DNA of 64,000 bases from Mobula hypostoma. Lineage: Eukaryota. Made by a program: the position numbers and the translations under genes. The stretch lies in contig NC_086097.1 in assembly GCF_963921235.1 (NCBI RefSeq), positions 186,560,001 through 186,624,000 of the forward strand, in the 5' to 3' direction. The notes beneath the pieces are model-generated. The model worked only from the letters and a program-made list of their open reading frames with translations, was not told the DNA's origin and searched no databases. This document shows, in pieces, positions 24,133 to 37,428 of the stretch (positions within the stretch are counted from its first letter, which is position 1; each line of letters opens with the position of its first letter).

Positions 24133-25265
24133 CCAGAATCAGAATCAGGTTTATTATCACGGGCATGTGTGGTAAAATTTGTTAACTTAGTAGCAGCAGT
24201 TCAATGCAATACATAATATAGAAGAAGAAGAAGAAGAAGAAGAAGAAGAAGAAGAAGAAGAAAATTAAATAAATTAATTAATCAGTTACTGTATACATAT
24301 ATCAAATAGATCAAAAATAATATATATTAAAAAGGTGAGGTAGTGTTCAAGGGTTCAATGTTTATTTAGGAATCGGATGGCGGAGGGGAAGAAGCTGTTC
24401 CTGAATTGCTGAGTGTGCGCCTTCAGGATTCTGTATCTCCTACCTGATGGTAACAGTGAGAAAAGGGTATGCACTGGGTGCTGGAGGTCCTTAATAATGG
24501 ATGTCGCCTTTCTGAGACACCACTCCTTGAAGATGTCCTAGGTACTTTGTAGGCTAGTACCCAAGATGGAGCTGACTAGATTTACAACCTTCTGCAGCTT
24601 CTTCTGGTCTTGTGCAGAGCTCCCCGCCCCCCATACCAGACAGTGATGCAGCCTGTCAGAATGCTCTCCACAGTACATCTATAGAAGTTTTTGAGTGTAT
24701 TTGTTGACATGCCAAATCTCTTCAAACTCCTAATGAAGTATAGACACTGTCATGCCTTCTTTATAACTGCATCGATATGTTGGGACCAGGTTAGGTTCTC
24801 AGAGATCTTGACACCCAGGAACTTAAAACTGCTCACTCTCTCCACTTCTGATCCCTCTATGAGGATGGTATGTATTCTTTCATCTTACACTTCCTGAAGT
24901 CCACAATCAGCTCTCTTGTCTTAGTGACGTTGAGTGCCAGGTTGTTGCTGTGACAGCACTCCACTAGTTGGCATATCTCACTCCTGTGCGACTCTCATCT
25001 CCATCTGAGATTCTACCAACAATGGCTGTGTCATCAGCAAATTTATAGATGGTATGAGCTATGCCTAGTCACGCAGTCATATGTACAGTATATAGAGAGT
25101 AGTGCAGTGGTCTAAGCACACATCCCTGAGGTGCTTCAGTGTTGATTGTCAGCGAGGAGGAGATGTTATCATAAATCCGCACAGATTGTGGTCTTCCAGT
25201 TGGGAAGTCAAAGATCCAATTGCAGAGGGAGGTATAGAGGCTCAGGTTCTGTAACTTCTCAATCA
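24133..25265 (-). mobile_element. Rex1/Babar-type LINE 3' part
   Basis: KFADDT-type motif near 25030 on the minus strand. The tail is (ttctga)n at 24133-24148. Confidence 0.8.
24221..24262. repeat. (GAA)14 microsatellite
   Basis: Perfect trinucleotide run. Confidence 0.95.
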
Positions 25266-26119
25266 GAAATCCATCTGAAATCTATGGGATATTTTTTCAA
25301 TGGATATCAAATTCCATTAATGTCACTTGAGTTTGCATTTTAATCAATAACCTTAGCAGCAAATGTGTGGAATGAAACTAAAATAGCTGGAGTTAGAACT
25401 TTCATATATAGGTACATTTTAAAAGTTTTTTAAAATTTTCCTTCTGAGCCAGAAGAACGTGCCCTTCCATGCCCTACAAAATAACCCTTTGGTATATCTG
25501 AAATAAATGTCAAAAATTTGTGGATATTGGAAATGTGAAATTCTTAGAAATATGCATCTGGTAGCAGAAATGTTGTAAATGAATTCATTCTGATGAACAA
25601 TCATCAATCAGAAAATTGCCTGTCTCTCCTTACCCAGAGATGCATGCTGACCTAATGACCCAGCATTTCTGTTTTTCTACTGTAGGTATCCCCAGAAGTG
25701 CATGCCTGTCATTTCCTAATTATTAAGCCTTAAAACACAAAGCCCAGGGATATTTACTACACTAGACGGAATTACTTTTGGCCATAATTACTTTTCATCA
25801 TTTCTGTTCCTGAACTAATTAAAGCTTAAGAGTAAAGATGTATTTAACAGAAAGTAGAGCAGGAGCAGGCCTTCGACCAAGATTATCTGCACTGACATGA
25901 AGCTAATCCAAGCCAATCCCATCTGCCTACAGATGGCTTCCATCACATGTCTGTTCATATGATATTCTAAATGCCTCTTAAATATTGTTATTATATCTGT
26001 TTTCCCTATTAGATGTTTATGCCGAATATGGAAATGTGCTAATTTAGTCACTGTACTAATTGCCAGAGGATGGCCTGTAATTGTTAGATTTTTGATTATT
26101 GCCGTTTTTTTTCTGTGCT

Positions 26120-26465
26120 GTCATCATCATCATTCTGTGCTGTGTCCTGTGACATGCGTGAACATGGTTTCATGTCAACGATTGTTCTTGGCAAATTTTT
26201 CTACAGAATTAGTTTGTCATTGCCTTCTGGGCAGTGTCTTTACAGGATGAGTGACCCCAGCCATTATCATTATTCTTTAGAGATTGTCTGCCTGGCACCA
26301 GTGCTCGCATAACAATGTGATATGCACCAGCTTCTCATATGACCAACCACCGTCTGCACCCATGGCTTCATGTGACTCTGATCCGAGGACTAAGCAGGTG
26401 CTACACTATTGCCAAGAGTGACCTGCAGGCTAGCCGAGGGAAGGTGCACCTTATACTTCCTTTGC
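26120..26465 (-). mobile_element. RTE-related short non-autonomous retroelement
   Basis: The minus strand has a gaaggcaatgacaaac motif (RTE/Bov-A-like) and an (atg)n tail. Confidence 0.5.
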
Positions 26466-26679
26466 ATGACTCTATAAATAGCATTCACCACCGTCCAAAC
26501 TGGCAGTACCCCTGCATCTAAGGAGTATTGAAAGAGTTATGGTCAGATGTATCTTACTTGATCCCTGTCACTCACCTACTTCAAGTTCAGACAACTTTTC
26601 TGAAATCTCAATATTTTATTTAATATATCAAATAACTCAATTACCTCATCCTTCACTCTTACATTGGAAGCACCCTCTC

Positions 26680-27252
26680 ACCATCATCATCAGCGATCAC
26701 TTGCAGATGAGTATGATTCTTCTCCTGGCAGTTGATCTGGTCACTTCTGTGTCTTGAGATGACTGAGGAGACAGATCCATGATCCACAAGTCCTATTACA
26801 GTGTTGGCAAGTGTAGGTCATTGAAGTGGTCACCACTTCCTGATCGCCACAGGACTTTGTCCCAAGTTGGTCAATCAGATTGCCAAACCTGGAGAAATGC
26901 CTTTGCATGAGATCTTTTAACGTGAGGAGACTGATGTGCAAAGAGCCACTACAAATTTCTTGACAGAGAAAGTGCCAGAATCCAAAGGCATGAAGACCAA
27001 GATGATTGGGGCCCTCTTCCTCCTCCTATGCAGCCATTCTGGTGGTCCTCATAGTGATTCCAGAGACTATAATTTACCACCATCTTCCACCTGTTCTGCC
27101 AGTGAGGCCTTGGTTGGACCACGCTTCATCTGGCTCCTCTCCTTAAGCTTACCGTCATGGGTGACCCTACCAGGATCTAAGCATCACTTTCAGGTTCTCA
27201 GGATCACACAACCCTCTCCACTACGAGAAGGTGGTGGTACCCTGGAGAGGGT
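26680..27252 (-). mobile_element. Internally deleted RTE-clade LINE (5'UTR plus ORF C-terminus and (gat)n tail)
   Basis: Has the C-terminal YTCQHCNRTCGSWICLLSHLKT and an RTE-type 5' end (..ccaccaccttctcgtagtggagaggg..cctggtagggtcacccatg). Confidence 0.7.
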
Positions 27253-28019
27253 ACAATGCCTAAGATCAATACATAGACTTAACATTGCCATCAGCTTCTA
27301 TGTCCAAAAGGTCATTTTTGTCCTCAGTAGACCATACTTCTGCATCTACTATTTTTTATGCTTTACATATAAAGAGATCATTTTGGAATCCAAGTTATGT
27401 GGGCAGCTAATCCTTTTATCATATGCTTTCTTAACCTTATTTTAGTTTTCACTTCCTCTCTAATTCTTTTGTAATCATCTTGGTTCTAACTGGTATTTTC
27501 AACCCAAAATTTGTTTTTACTTTACCTTTCTCTGATCTATTTCATTACTGAGGATGCTCTCAGTTTGTTTGTTCCTCCTTTACTCTTTGTGGAAATGCTC
27601 CTTATTTGAACCTGAACCAACCTTTCCTTAAAGGGACCTATTGTTCTTCTGCAGATTGGTCTGTCCTCTTTTGGTTCAACTTTATCTGGGCCAGATCTAT
27701 TCTGAGTTCATTGGAAGTTGACTTCCTCCCATCCATAGATTTTACTATGGATTGCTCCTTTTATTTTTCTATAGCTAACCTAAATTTTATGATGCTGTGA
27801 TCATGATCTCAAAAGTGTTCCCCTATTGAAACTTGCTGTGCATGAACTATTTGTTAGAAGGAGATACAACATTTTTGGAATCAAAAAGTGCTGCTCTAGA
27901 AAATTAACCTAGATGTACTTGAAAAGCTCTTCGCTCTCTCTTCCTTGAACACTATCCCTATCCTAGTTTACAGTTGGATAAATGATGTCCTCTATTATAA
28001 CTACATTATAACTATGCTA

Positions 28020-29392
28020 GACATGAGGAAATCTGCAGATGCTGAATATTCAAGCAACACACACAAAAAATGCTGATGGAATGCAGCAGGCCAGGCGGCA
28101 TCTATAGGAAGAGGTACAATCGACGTTTCGGGCCGAGACCCTTCGTCAGGACTAACTGAAAGAAGACATAGCAAGAGATTTGAATGTGGGAGTGGGGAGG
28201 GGGAGATCCAAAATGACAGGAGGAGGGTAGGGGTGGATCTAAGAGCTGGAAAGTTCATTGGCAAAAGGGATACCAGGCTGGAGAAGGGAGAGGATCATGG
28301 GATGGGAAGACTGGGGAGAAAGAGAAAGGGGGAGGGGAGCCTGGAGGGTGGAGAGCAGGCAAGGAATTATAGTGAGAGGGACAGAGGGAGAAAAAAGAGA
28401 AAGAGAAAAGGGGGGGAAAATAAAAAATATATAAATGTATAATAAATAAATACATATTAAATAAATAAATAAATAAGGGGTGGGTTGTGAAGGGAAGGTG
28501 GGGCATTAATGGAAATTAGAGAAGTCAATGTTCATGCCATTAGGTTGAAGGCTACCCAGATGGAATATAAGGTGTTGTTCCTCCAACCTGAGTGTGGCTT
28601 CATCTTGACAGTAGAGGAGGCCGTGGATAGATAAATCAGAATGGGAATGGGACATGGAATTAAAGTGTGTGGCCACTGGGAGATCTTGCTTTCTCTGGCG
28701 GACAGAGCGTAGGTGTTCGGCGAATTGGTCTCCCAGTCTGCGTCGGGTCTCGCCAATACCTAGATGGCTGCACCGGGAGCACCAGACGCAGTGTATCACC
28801 CCAGCCGACTCACAGGTGAAGTGTCACCTCGCCTGGAAGGACTGTCTGGAGCCCTGAATGGTGGTGTGTCCCCCTCATCCCTTCCCACCGATCGCCCTCC
28901 TGGCACTTATCCTTGTAAGTGGAACAAGTGCTACACATGCCCTTACACTTCCTCCCTCACCCCATCCGTTATTTATTTATTTATTTGTTTGTTTGTTTGT
29001 TTGTTTGTTTGTTTGTTTATTTATTTATTATTAATTTTTTTTTCTGTCTCTCCTTTTTCTCCCTCTGTCCCTCTCACTATACTCCTTGCCCATCCTCTGG
29101 GCTTCCCCCCTCCCCTTTTCTTTCTCCCTAGGCCTCCCGTCCCATGATCCTCTCCCTTCTCCAGACCCATATCCCTTTAGCCAATCAACTTTCCAGTTCT
29201 GAGGTCCATCCCACCCCTCTTGTCTTCTTCTATCATTTTGGATCACCCCTCCCCCTCCCACCTTCAAATCTCTTACTATCTCTTCTTTTAGTTAGTCCTG
29301 ACGAAGGGTCCCGGCCCGAAACTTCAACTATACCTCTTCCTATAGATGCTGCCTGGCCTGCTGCATTCCACCAGCATTTTTTGTGTGTGTTG
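28020..29392. mobile_element. Inverted Penelope-like element pair (Neptune-like) with GIY-YIG remnant
   Basis: 14-bp TSD ttataactat(g/c)cta (28006-28019 / 29393-29406). Intact hammerhead core on the minus strand at 28118-28153. Cys-rich linker YPCKWNKCYTCPY. Confidence 0.88.
28506..28860 (-). pseudogene. Penelope GIY-YIG endonuclease domain
   Basis: Translates IHCVWCSRCSHLGIGETRRRLGDQFAEHLRSV..PVATHFN..EEQHLIFHLGSLQPNGMN. Confidence 0.9.
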
Positions 29393-30510
29393 TTATAACT
29401 ATCCTATTGTTTTTTTCACTATACTATTAACTAGCTCCAGGTACAATCTCCAGAAAGCCATCCAGAAGTGGCAATTACAGATTAAACTTGAATCAATGAA
29501 GGAAGCTCAACAGTTTTGGCAGGTCTTAAACACTATGACTTCTTATAAAGTTAAATCAAGCAACATAGTTGACAGCAAGGCTTTGCTTCCAGATGAGATC
29601 AATGCCATCTATGTTTACTTTGACCATCAAAACATGGAGGAACCATCACAAACACCCACTTCCCACGATCAATATATGCTTTCAGTTTATAAGGCCGATG
29701 TGCAAGCAGCCTTTCAGGAGAATGAATCCACAAGAAGCATCTGGGCCAGAGGGGTAACCTAGCCAAGTACTAAAGACTTGTGCCGATTAACTGGCTGGTG
29801 TGTTCATTGAGATCTTCAACCTCCTGCTTCAGCAGTATGTGGTGTCCACCTGCTTCAAGCAGGCCTCAATTATATTGGTTTCCAAGAAGAGTGTGGTGAT
29901 CTATCTCAATGAATATTACCCAATAGCACTTACATCCTCAGTGATGAAGTGTTTTGAGAGGTTGGAGATGAAACATATTAACTCCTGCCTGATCTGCCCC
30001 AATTTGTTTACTGGATCAACAGGTCCACAGCAAGAAGGCATTTCACTGGCTCTTTGTTCAACCTTCAAACATCTGGACAACAAAGACGCAAACATCAAAT
30101 GTTCTCTATCGACTACTCCTGAGCATTCAATACCATTATCCCCTCTGTACTAATAAATAAGCTTCAAGTCATTGTCCTCGATTTCCTCAATTGCAGACCC
30201 AGACAGTTTACATTGGCAACAACATCTCCTCTATGATCTCCATCAGCACAGGTCCCTTACAAGGCTGTACTTGTTTTACACTTGTGACTGTATGGTTAAG
30301 CACAGCTCTAATGCCATATTCAAGTTTGGTGATGATACCACTGTCGTAGGCCAAATCAATGGTGATGATGAATCAGCATATAGGAGGGAGATTGAAAATC
30401 TGATTGCATGTTGCCAGCAACAGCAATTTCTTACTCAACATCAGCAAGACCACGGAGCTGATTATCGACTTCAGGAGAAAGGAAACAGGAGGTCCATGAG
30501 CCAGTCCTCA

Positions 30511-33500
30511 CCAAATGTGCGAGGCGTTTGGAATAACGTGCACAAACTCGTGGCGCAATCAGAGGTTGGTCGGTATGATGTTGTGGCTCTGTTGGTAAGA
30601 GATGGAATTACATCTTTAGAAAGAGTTGACATAGGGTCAGAGAATGTTGGATCCTTGTGAGTGGAGTGAAGCAATTGCAAGAGTAAAACAAACCATGATG
30701 GGAATCACATATAGGATTCCAAATAGTAGCTGAGACCTGGGGTTGAGATTGCAGTGGGAGCTGGAAAAGACATGTAATAAGGTAATGTCACAACTGTAAT
30801 GGTAGACTTCAGTATCAAAGGTTTCAAAGGTACATTTAATGTCAGAGAAATGTATATAATATACATCCTGAAATACTTTTTCTTTGCAACCATCCACAAA
30901 AACAGAGGAGTGTCCCCAAAGAATGAATGACAGTTAAATGTTAGAACCCCAAAGTACCCCCAGCTCCCCTCCTTCCGGCACTCAAGCGACGACCCCCCCT
31001 CCCCCACCAGTAAAAAAAGCATCGGCACCCACCACCGAGCACCCAAGCATGCAGGAAAGCAATAGCAAAGACATAGACTTGCAGTACCCCAAAGACTACT
31101 TGTTCACCCGGTATTCAACATACCACAGGCTCTCTCTCCCCCTAATAAGGGAGAAAGAGGTGTCTCCATTTCACAGTAAGAGGGGAGACATAACAAACAA
31201 CTCACTGATTTACGATATTAAAAGTCCATTGTTTTGTTTTTTCCAAGCTCTATGCCCAAAGATCTCAGGTCTCTGTGCACACAGCCACTGACCTTCTGAC
31301 GCCCACGACACACTGACCTTTGATCCGCCCCTCTCCAGAGACATGAGCTGAGATCTCCGAAGGCAAGCTAAGCCTTTAGGCCAGTTGTGAAACCCTGAGA
31401 GCAGGTCCCATTCCTGCAAAGAACCGAAGTCAACATGTAACTCCATGCCAGGCTCTTCAAAAGAACCCTGAAAAGGAAACGTAGAGATACTAAAGATGGA
31501 AATAGAGCTGTTTCTGAAGATGCAAGCAAAGGAGTTGCCATTTAGTGTCATCATGACTAAGTTGGAACAAAGCTCATCAATACGCAAGGAGATTTGGAAA
31601 ATTAGGGTGGTGTCAGATCATAAGAGAGGGAATTTGTTGAATGCCTACAAGATGGATTTTTAGAACAGCTTGTGCATGAGTCTTCTAGGGGAAAGGCTAT
31701 CTTAGATTGGGTGTTATGTAATAACACAGACTTTACTAGGGAGCTCAACATGAGGAAACACTTAGGAGGCAGTGATCATAATATAATTGAAATCATTCTG
31801 TAATTTGAGAGGAGTAAGTCACATGTATCAGGATCACAGTGGAATAAAGGGAATTAGAAGCATGAGATAGGAGCTTGCCCTGGTGGATTGGAGGAGGATA
31901 CTGGCAGGGATGATGGCAGAGCAGAGGTGGCTGAAGTTTCTGTGAATAGTTCACAAGGCACAGGATAAATATGTCCCACTGAAGAGGTTTTTCTCAAATG
32001 GCAGGGCTAGGCAACCGTGGCTGACAAGGGAAGTTAAAACCCAAATAAAGGATATAAACCCAAGTATATGCATAAGACAGCAAAAGTGAGTGGGAAGTTT
32101 TAAAATCCAACAAAAGGCAACTAAGAAACCTATAAGAAGGGAAAAGATGAAATATGAGGGCAAACTAGCCAATAATATAATGCAGGATACGAAACATTTT
32201 CTCAGTTATATAAAGAGTAAAAAGGAGGTGAGAATTGATATGGACGACTGGAAAATGATGCCAGTGAGATAGTAATGGGGGGCAAGAAATGGTGGATAAA
32301 CTTAATTGGTACTTTGCCTTGGTCTTCACTATGGAAGACACTAGAACGGTGCCAGAGGTCCATGAGTGTCAGGGAGCAGGAATAAGTGCCATTGCTTGTA
32401 GAAACTCAAAGGTCTTAAGGTGGATAAGTAACCTGGACCAGATGGGCTACATCCTAGTGTCCTGAGAGAGGTTGCTGAAGAGATAATGGATGCATTGGTC
32501 ATGATCTTTCAAGAATCACTTGATTCTAGCATGGTCCTCGAGGACTGGAAAATTGCAAATATCAGTCCCCTCTGTAAGAAGAGAGGAATGCAAAAGGAAG
32601 GAAATTATAGGCCAGTTAGCTTAACGACAGTGGTTAGGAAAGTGTTGGAGTCTATTATTAAGGATGAGTTTTCAGGTACTTGGAGTCTAATGATAAAATA
32701 AGTCAAAATTTCTGTGAAGGGAAATTTTGCCTGACAAATCTGTTAGAGATCTTCAAGGAAGTAACAAGCAGGGTGGACAAAGGAGAGCTAGTGAATGTCA
32801 TCTACTTGGATTTTCAGAAGGCGTTTGATAAGGTGCCACACATAAGGCTGCATAACAAGATAAAATCCTATGGTGTTACAAGAAAAATACTAGCATGGAT
32901 AGAGGAATGGCTGACAGGCAAGAAGCAGTGAGTGGGACTAAAGGGAGCCTTTTCTGGCCGGCTGCCGGTGACTAGTGGTGTTCCTCAGGGGTTAGCATTG
33001 GGACCGCTACTTTTCACATTGTTTGTCAATGATTTAGATAATGGAATCGATGGCTTTGTGGCAAAATTTGCAGATGAGATGGAGACAGGTGGAGGGGTGG
33101 GTAGTGCTGAGAAAGTAATGCAGCTGCAGCAGAACTTAGACAAATTGGAAGAATGGGCAAAAAAGTGGCAGATGGAATACAGTGTTGGGAAATGTATGAT
33201 GATGCATTTTGGTAAAAAGAAAAATAGTGCAGACTATTATTTAAATGGAAAAAAAAATTTAAGCATCAGAGGTGCAGAGGGACTTGGTCCTTGTGCAAAA
33301 CTACCAGAAGGTTACTATACAGGTTGAGTCTGTGGTAAAGAAGGCAAATGTAATGTTAGCATTTATTTCAAGGGGAATAGAATATAAAAGCAAGGAACTA
33401 GTGCTGGTGCTTTATAAGATACTAGTCAGGCTGCACTTGGAGTATTGTCAATAGTTATGGGCCGCATATCTCAAAGGATGTATTGCGATTGGAGAGAGTC

Positions 33501-33975
33501 CAGAGGAGGTTCATGAAGGTGATTCTGGGAATGAAAGAGTTAACATATGAAGAGCATTTGGCAGCTTTGGGCCTGTACTCACTGGAAATTAGAAGAATGC
33601 TCTGGATCTCATTGAAAACTATTGAATGTTGAAAGAACTAGATAAGTTAGATGTGGAGAGAATGTTTTCTATGGTGGGGGTATCCAGAACTAGAGGACAC
33701 AACCTCAAAATTGAGGGGCGACCCTTTAGAACAGAAGTACGGAGGATTTTTTTTAGCCAGAGAGCAGTGAATCTGTGGAATGCTCTGCTACAGACTGTGG
33801 TAGAGGCCAAGTTTGTGGGTATATTTAAGGCAGACGTTGATAGTTCAGGGCATCAAAGGATATGGCAAGAAAGCAGGTGTATGAGGTTGAGTGGGATCCA
33901 GGATCAGCCATGATGGAATGACAAAGCAGTCTTGATAGGCTGAATGGCCTAATTCTGCTCCTAATCTTATGGTGA
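30511..33975 (+). mobile_element. CR1 LINE (decayed ORF2: endonuclease, RT, 3' end) nested in Rex1
   Basis: Contains EDWKIANI, NYRPVSLT, YLDFQKAFDKVPH, SGVPQG, KFADE and RTRGHNL. Confidence 0.9.
30815..31580 (-). mobile_element. Unclassified non-coding retroposon inserted in the CR1 endonuclease region
   Basis: Interrupts CR1 at VDF(S/N). The minus-strand 3' end is ataaatgtacctttgaaacctttga, a short tandem tail. Confidence 0.55.
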
Positions 33976-34127
33976 TTTAGAGGTGGAGAAGGGTAGCAAT
34001 TTTAAAGTCCTTGGTGCTATTATTTCGGAGGACCTGTCCTGGGTCCAGCACCTAAGTACAATTACAAAGAAAGCACGGCAGTACCTCTACTTCCTTAGGA
34101 GTTTGAAGAGTTTCGGCGTGATCTCTG

Positions 34128-34900
34128 TGAAGTTATCCACTTTGGTGGCCGGTTAGGAAAAGGGGAGGTGCAACGAGACCTGGGTGTCATTATACACCAG
34201 TCATTGAAAGTGGGCATGCAGGTACAGCAGGCGGTGAAAAAGGCGAATGGTATGCTGGCATTTATAGCAAGAGGATTCGAGTACAGGAGCAGGGAGGTAC
34301 TACTGCAGTTGTACAAGGCCTTGGTGAGACCACATCTGGAGTATTGTGTGCAGTTTTGGTCCCCTAATCTGAGGAAAGACATCTTTGCCATAGAGGGAGT
34401 ACAAAGAAGGTTCACCAGATTGATTCCTGGGATGGCAGGACTTTCATATGAAGAAAGACGGGGTGAACTGGGCTTGTACTCGTTGGAATTTAGAAGATTG
34501 AGGGGGGATCTGATTGAAACGTATAAGATCCTAAAGGGATTGGACAGGTTGGATGCAGGAAGATTGTTCCCGATGTTGGGGAAGTCCAGAACGAGGGGTC
34601 ACAGTTTGAGGATAGAGGGGAAGCCTTTTAGGACCGAGATTAGGAAAAACTTCTTCACACAGAGAGTGGTGAATCTGTCGAATTCTCTGCCACAGGAAAC
34701 TGTTGAGGCCAGTTCATTGGCTATGTTTAAGAGGGAGTTAGATATGGCCCTTGTGGCTACAGGGGTCAGGGGGTATGGAGGGAAGGCTGGGGCGGGGTTC
34801 TGAGTTGGATGATCAGCCATGATCATAATAAATGGTGGTGCAGGCTCGAAGGGCCGAATGGCCTACTCCTGCACCTATTTTCTATGTTTCTATGTTTCTA
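34128..34900 (+). mobile_element. Young CR1 3' fragment with open frame 34168-34803
   Basis: Uninterrupted 211-aa RT C-terminal frame. The tail is (ttctatgt)n, and there is a short atct duplication. Confidence 0.93.
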
Positions 34901-36252
34901 TATCTAAAACTTTGACAAACTTCTATAGGTGCCTAGTGGAGAGTATATTGACTGGCTGCAAAACAGCCTGATATAGAAAGACTCAATGCCCTTGAATGCA
35001 AATTCCTATCAATAGAAGTGGATACGGCCCAGTTCATCATGTGTAAATCTCTTCAAACCATTGGACACACCTACATGAAATGTTACAGGAAAGGTGTTTC
35101 CATCACCAGGGGTCCCCACCACCCAAGCTTTACTCTCTTCTCATTACTGCCATCAGGAAGTAGGTACAAGAGCCTCAGAACTCACACCACCAGGTTCATG
35201 AACAATTATTTTCCCTCAATCATCAGACTCTTGAACCAAAGGAGGTAACTTCATTCAACTTCACTTGCCCTATTGTTGAAATGTTCCCACAACTAACGAA
35301 CTCACTTTCAAGCACTCTTCATTTTATGCTCTCAATTTTTATTGCTTAACCAATATCTCATGAACAAAAAAAAAAGCAATTTACTTTCACCAAATTGCCA
35401 GTAGACACTTCTTTCAGATATTTGGCAAATAACTACTCAAAAACTTATGAAGAAATTAAATTATCAGATCACTTGTTATGTTGGCTCCTGCTAGATGAAT
35501 TTCCATTCTGAGGTAACATCAGATGTTGTATTTCAGTGTGTGAAAACACTTGCAGTAAAAACATGTGCAGTACAGTGTTTGGTTATTAAAACGTTTATTC
35601 AATTTTAAACTAAAATTGGCAGCACCCTTTGTGTGTTTTGGTTTTACTCCAGAATAAAGTCTTGAATGGTAAACAAAATTAATGATTTCAAACTTTGGGC
35701 AAGATTCCTCTGACTGAAAGTGTAAATGTCAATAGCGGTACCTTGCTATGATATTTATTTTCTTGATCACTGAGAACTATTTTGTATCTTGGGAAATCAC
35801 TTCACACATTTCCCTGTACTCTACTGAAGAGAATCACAGTCTAATGGAGTTCTTTGTGATATATCAGGCCAATAATTTGAGACAAATACAATTAGCACCC
35901 ATATGGTTATGTTTTTCAAAAAAAAGACCATTAACTAGAATTAAATACTATTGGATTGTTTGCTCTTTTCTTTATTACTCTCTATGGGGGAAAAATTTAC
36001 AATATTGTTTTCAAAGTCGACATCAAGATAGATGGGTAATTTTGCAAAACTTTTGATTTTTATTAAATTCAGATATAAAACCCACTTCAATGTACTTTCA
36101 TAAGAGAGTTTCATAATTCAAGTTACTACGTGATATCATTGTTAATGAGTAGACACAACAATGTTAATCTAATTCTAATCCCACTGTGACCACTCTTCAA
36201 GATGTATTTTGCAGTGAAGCTGCCTCGATCCCTCTATCTCTATCATTGGAGG

Positions 36253-37428
36253 CAAACTGTAAACCAACATCTTTTATAAACTTACCGATTCCCATACCTG
36301 TCTTTACTATACCTCTTCCCACCCTTCTCCTGTTTAAAAATTGCTATTCCCTTTACTGAGTTCCTTCATCTCCACTACATCTGTTCCCAGAATGCAGCTT
36401 TCCCTTACTCATGATTGATGCTGCCCTCACCCACATATTCTCCATTTCCTGAACATCTGGACTCACCCCATCTTCCCGTTGCCTTAACAGTAATAGAGTT
36501 CCTCTTATCCTTACCTACCACCCTATAAGCCTCCACATTCAACACATCATTCTCCAGAACTTCCGCCATCTGAAAAGCCATCCTACCACCAAACATACTT
36601 CCCCCTGTCTCCCCAATTTCTACAGGGATCTCTCTTTCCACGACTCCCTTGTCCATTCATCCCTCCTCACCAATCTCCCTCCCAACACTTATCCCTGGAA
36701 GCAGCCAATGTGCGACACCTGCCCATTCACCTCGTCCCTCACTTCCATTGAGGGACCCTAACAGTCTTTCCAGGTGGGGAAACACTTCGCCTGTGAATCT
36801 GCTGGGGTTGTCTATTGGGTCCTGTGCTCCTGATACAGCCTCCTCTACATTGTTGAGATCGATCGTTAAGTGGAGATCACTTCATCAAGCACCTCCACTC
36901 TTTCCGCCAAAAGCGAAACTTCATGGTGGCCAAACATTTTAGTTCCGATTCCCGTTCCCGTTCTGACATATTGGTCCATGAACTCCTCTTCTGCCGTGAT
37001 GAGGTTACCCTTGGGATGGAGGAGCAACACTTTATATTCTGTCTGGGTAGCCTCCAACATGTTGGCATAAATATCGATTTTTCCTTCTGGCAGAAACACT
37101 TCTCTCCCCCTCCCCTCTTCTTCTATTTCCCAATCTGGTATCTTACCTATTCTCACCTGCCCATCTCCTCTCCCTGGGTGCTTTCCTACTTCCCTTTCCC
37201 CTATGGTCCACCCGCCTTTCCCATCAGATTCCTTCCTCTCCAGTCCTTTAACTTTCCTATCCATCTGGCTTCACCTATCACTTTCTAGCTATCCTCATTA
37301 CCCTTCCTCCACTTTTTATTCTGGTGTCCTCCCCGTCCTTTCCAGTCCTGAAGAAGGGTCTCAGCCCACAACATTGTTTGTTTATTAATTTTCATTGATG
37401 CTGCCTGACCTGCTGAGTTCCTCCAGCA
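36253..37428 (+). mobile_element. Penelope-like element (RT thumb to 3' end), decayed
   Basis: Contains RVPLILTYHP and EEQHFIFCLGSLQHVGINIDFS. The hammerhead is decayed near 37344-37375 (GAAA lost). Confidence 0.85.

Larger units (their letters stand above)
29435..35350 (+). mobile_element. Rex1/Babar-type LINE broken into three pieces (29435-30510, 33976-34127, 34901-35350)
   Basis: Contains LPDEINA.Y..FD, IFNL.LQ..V.TCFK, YPIALTS.VMKCFERL, KFGDDTTVVG and LFSLLPSGSRY. The sequence is continuous across the inserts. Confidence 0.82.

Noticed and set aside
26380..26465. Possible HDV-like ribozyme at the 5' end of the RTE-related short element
   Set aside because: I could not assign consistent P1/P2/P3 pairings by eye.
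26936..27445. 169-aa ORF
   Set aside because: It is antisense to the RTE remnant's 5' region and has no recognisable protein features.
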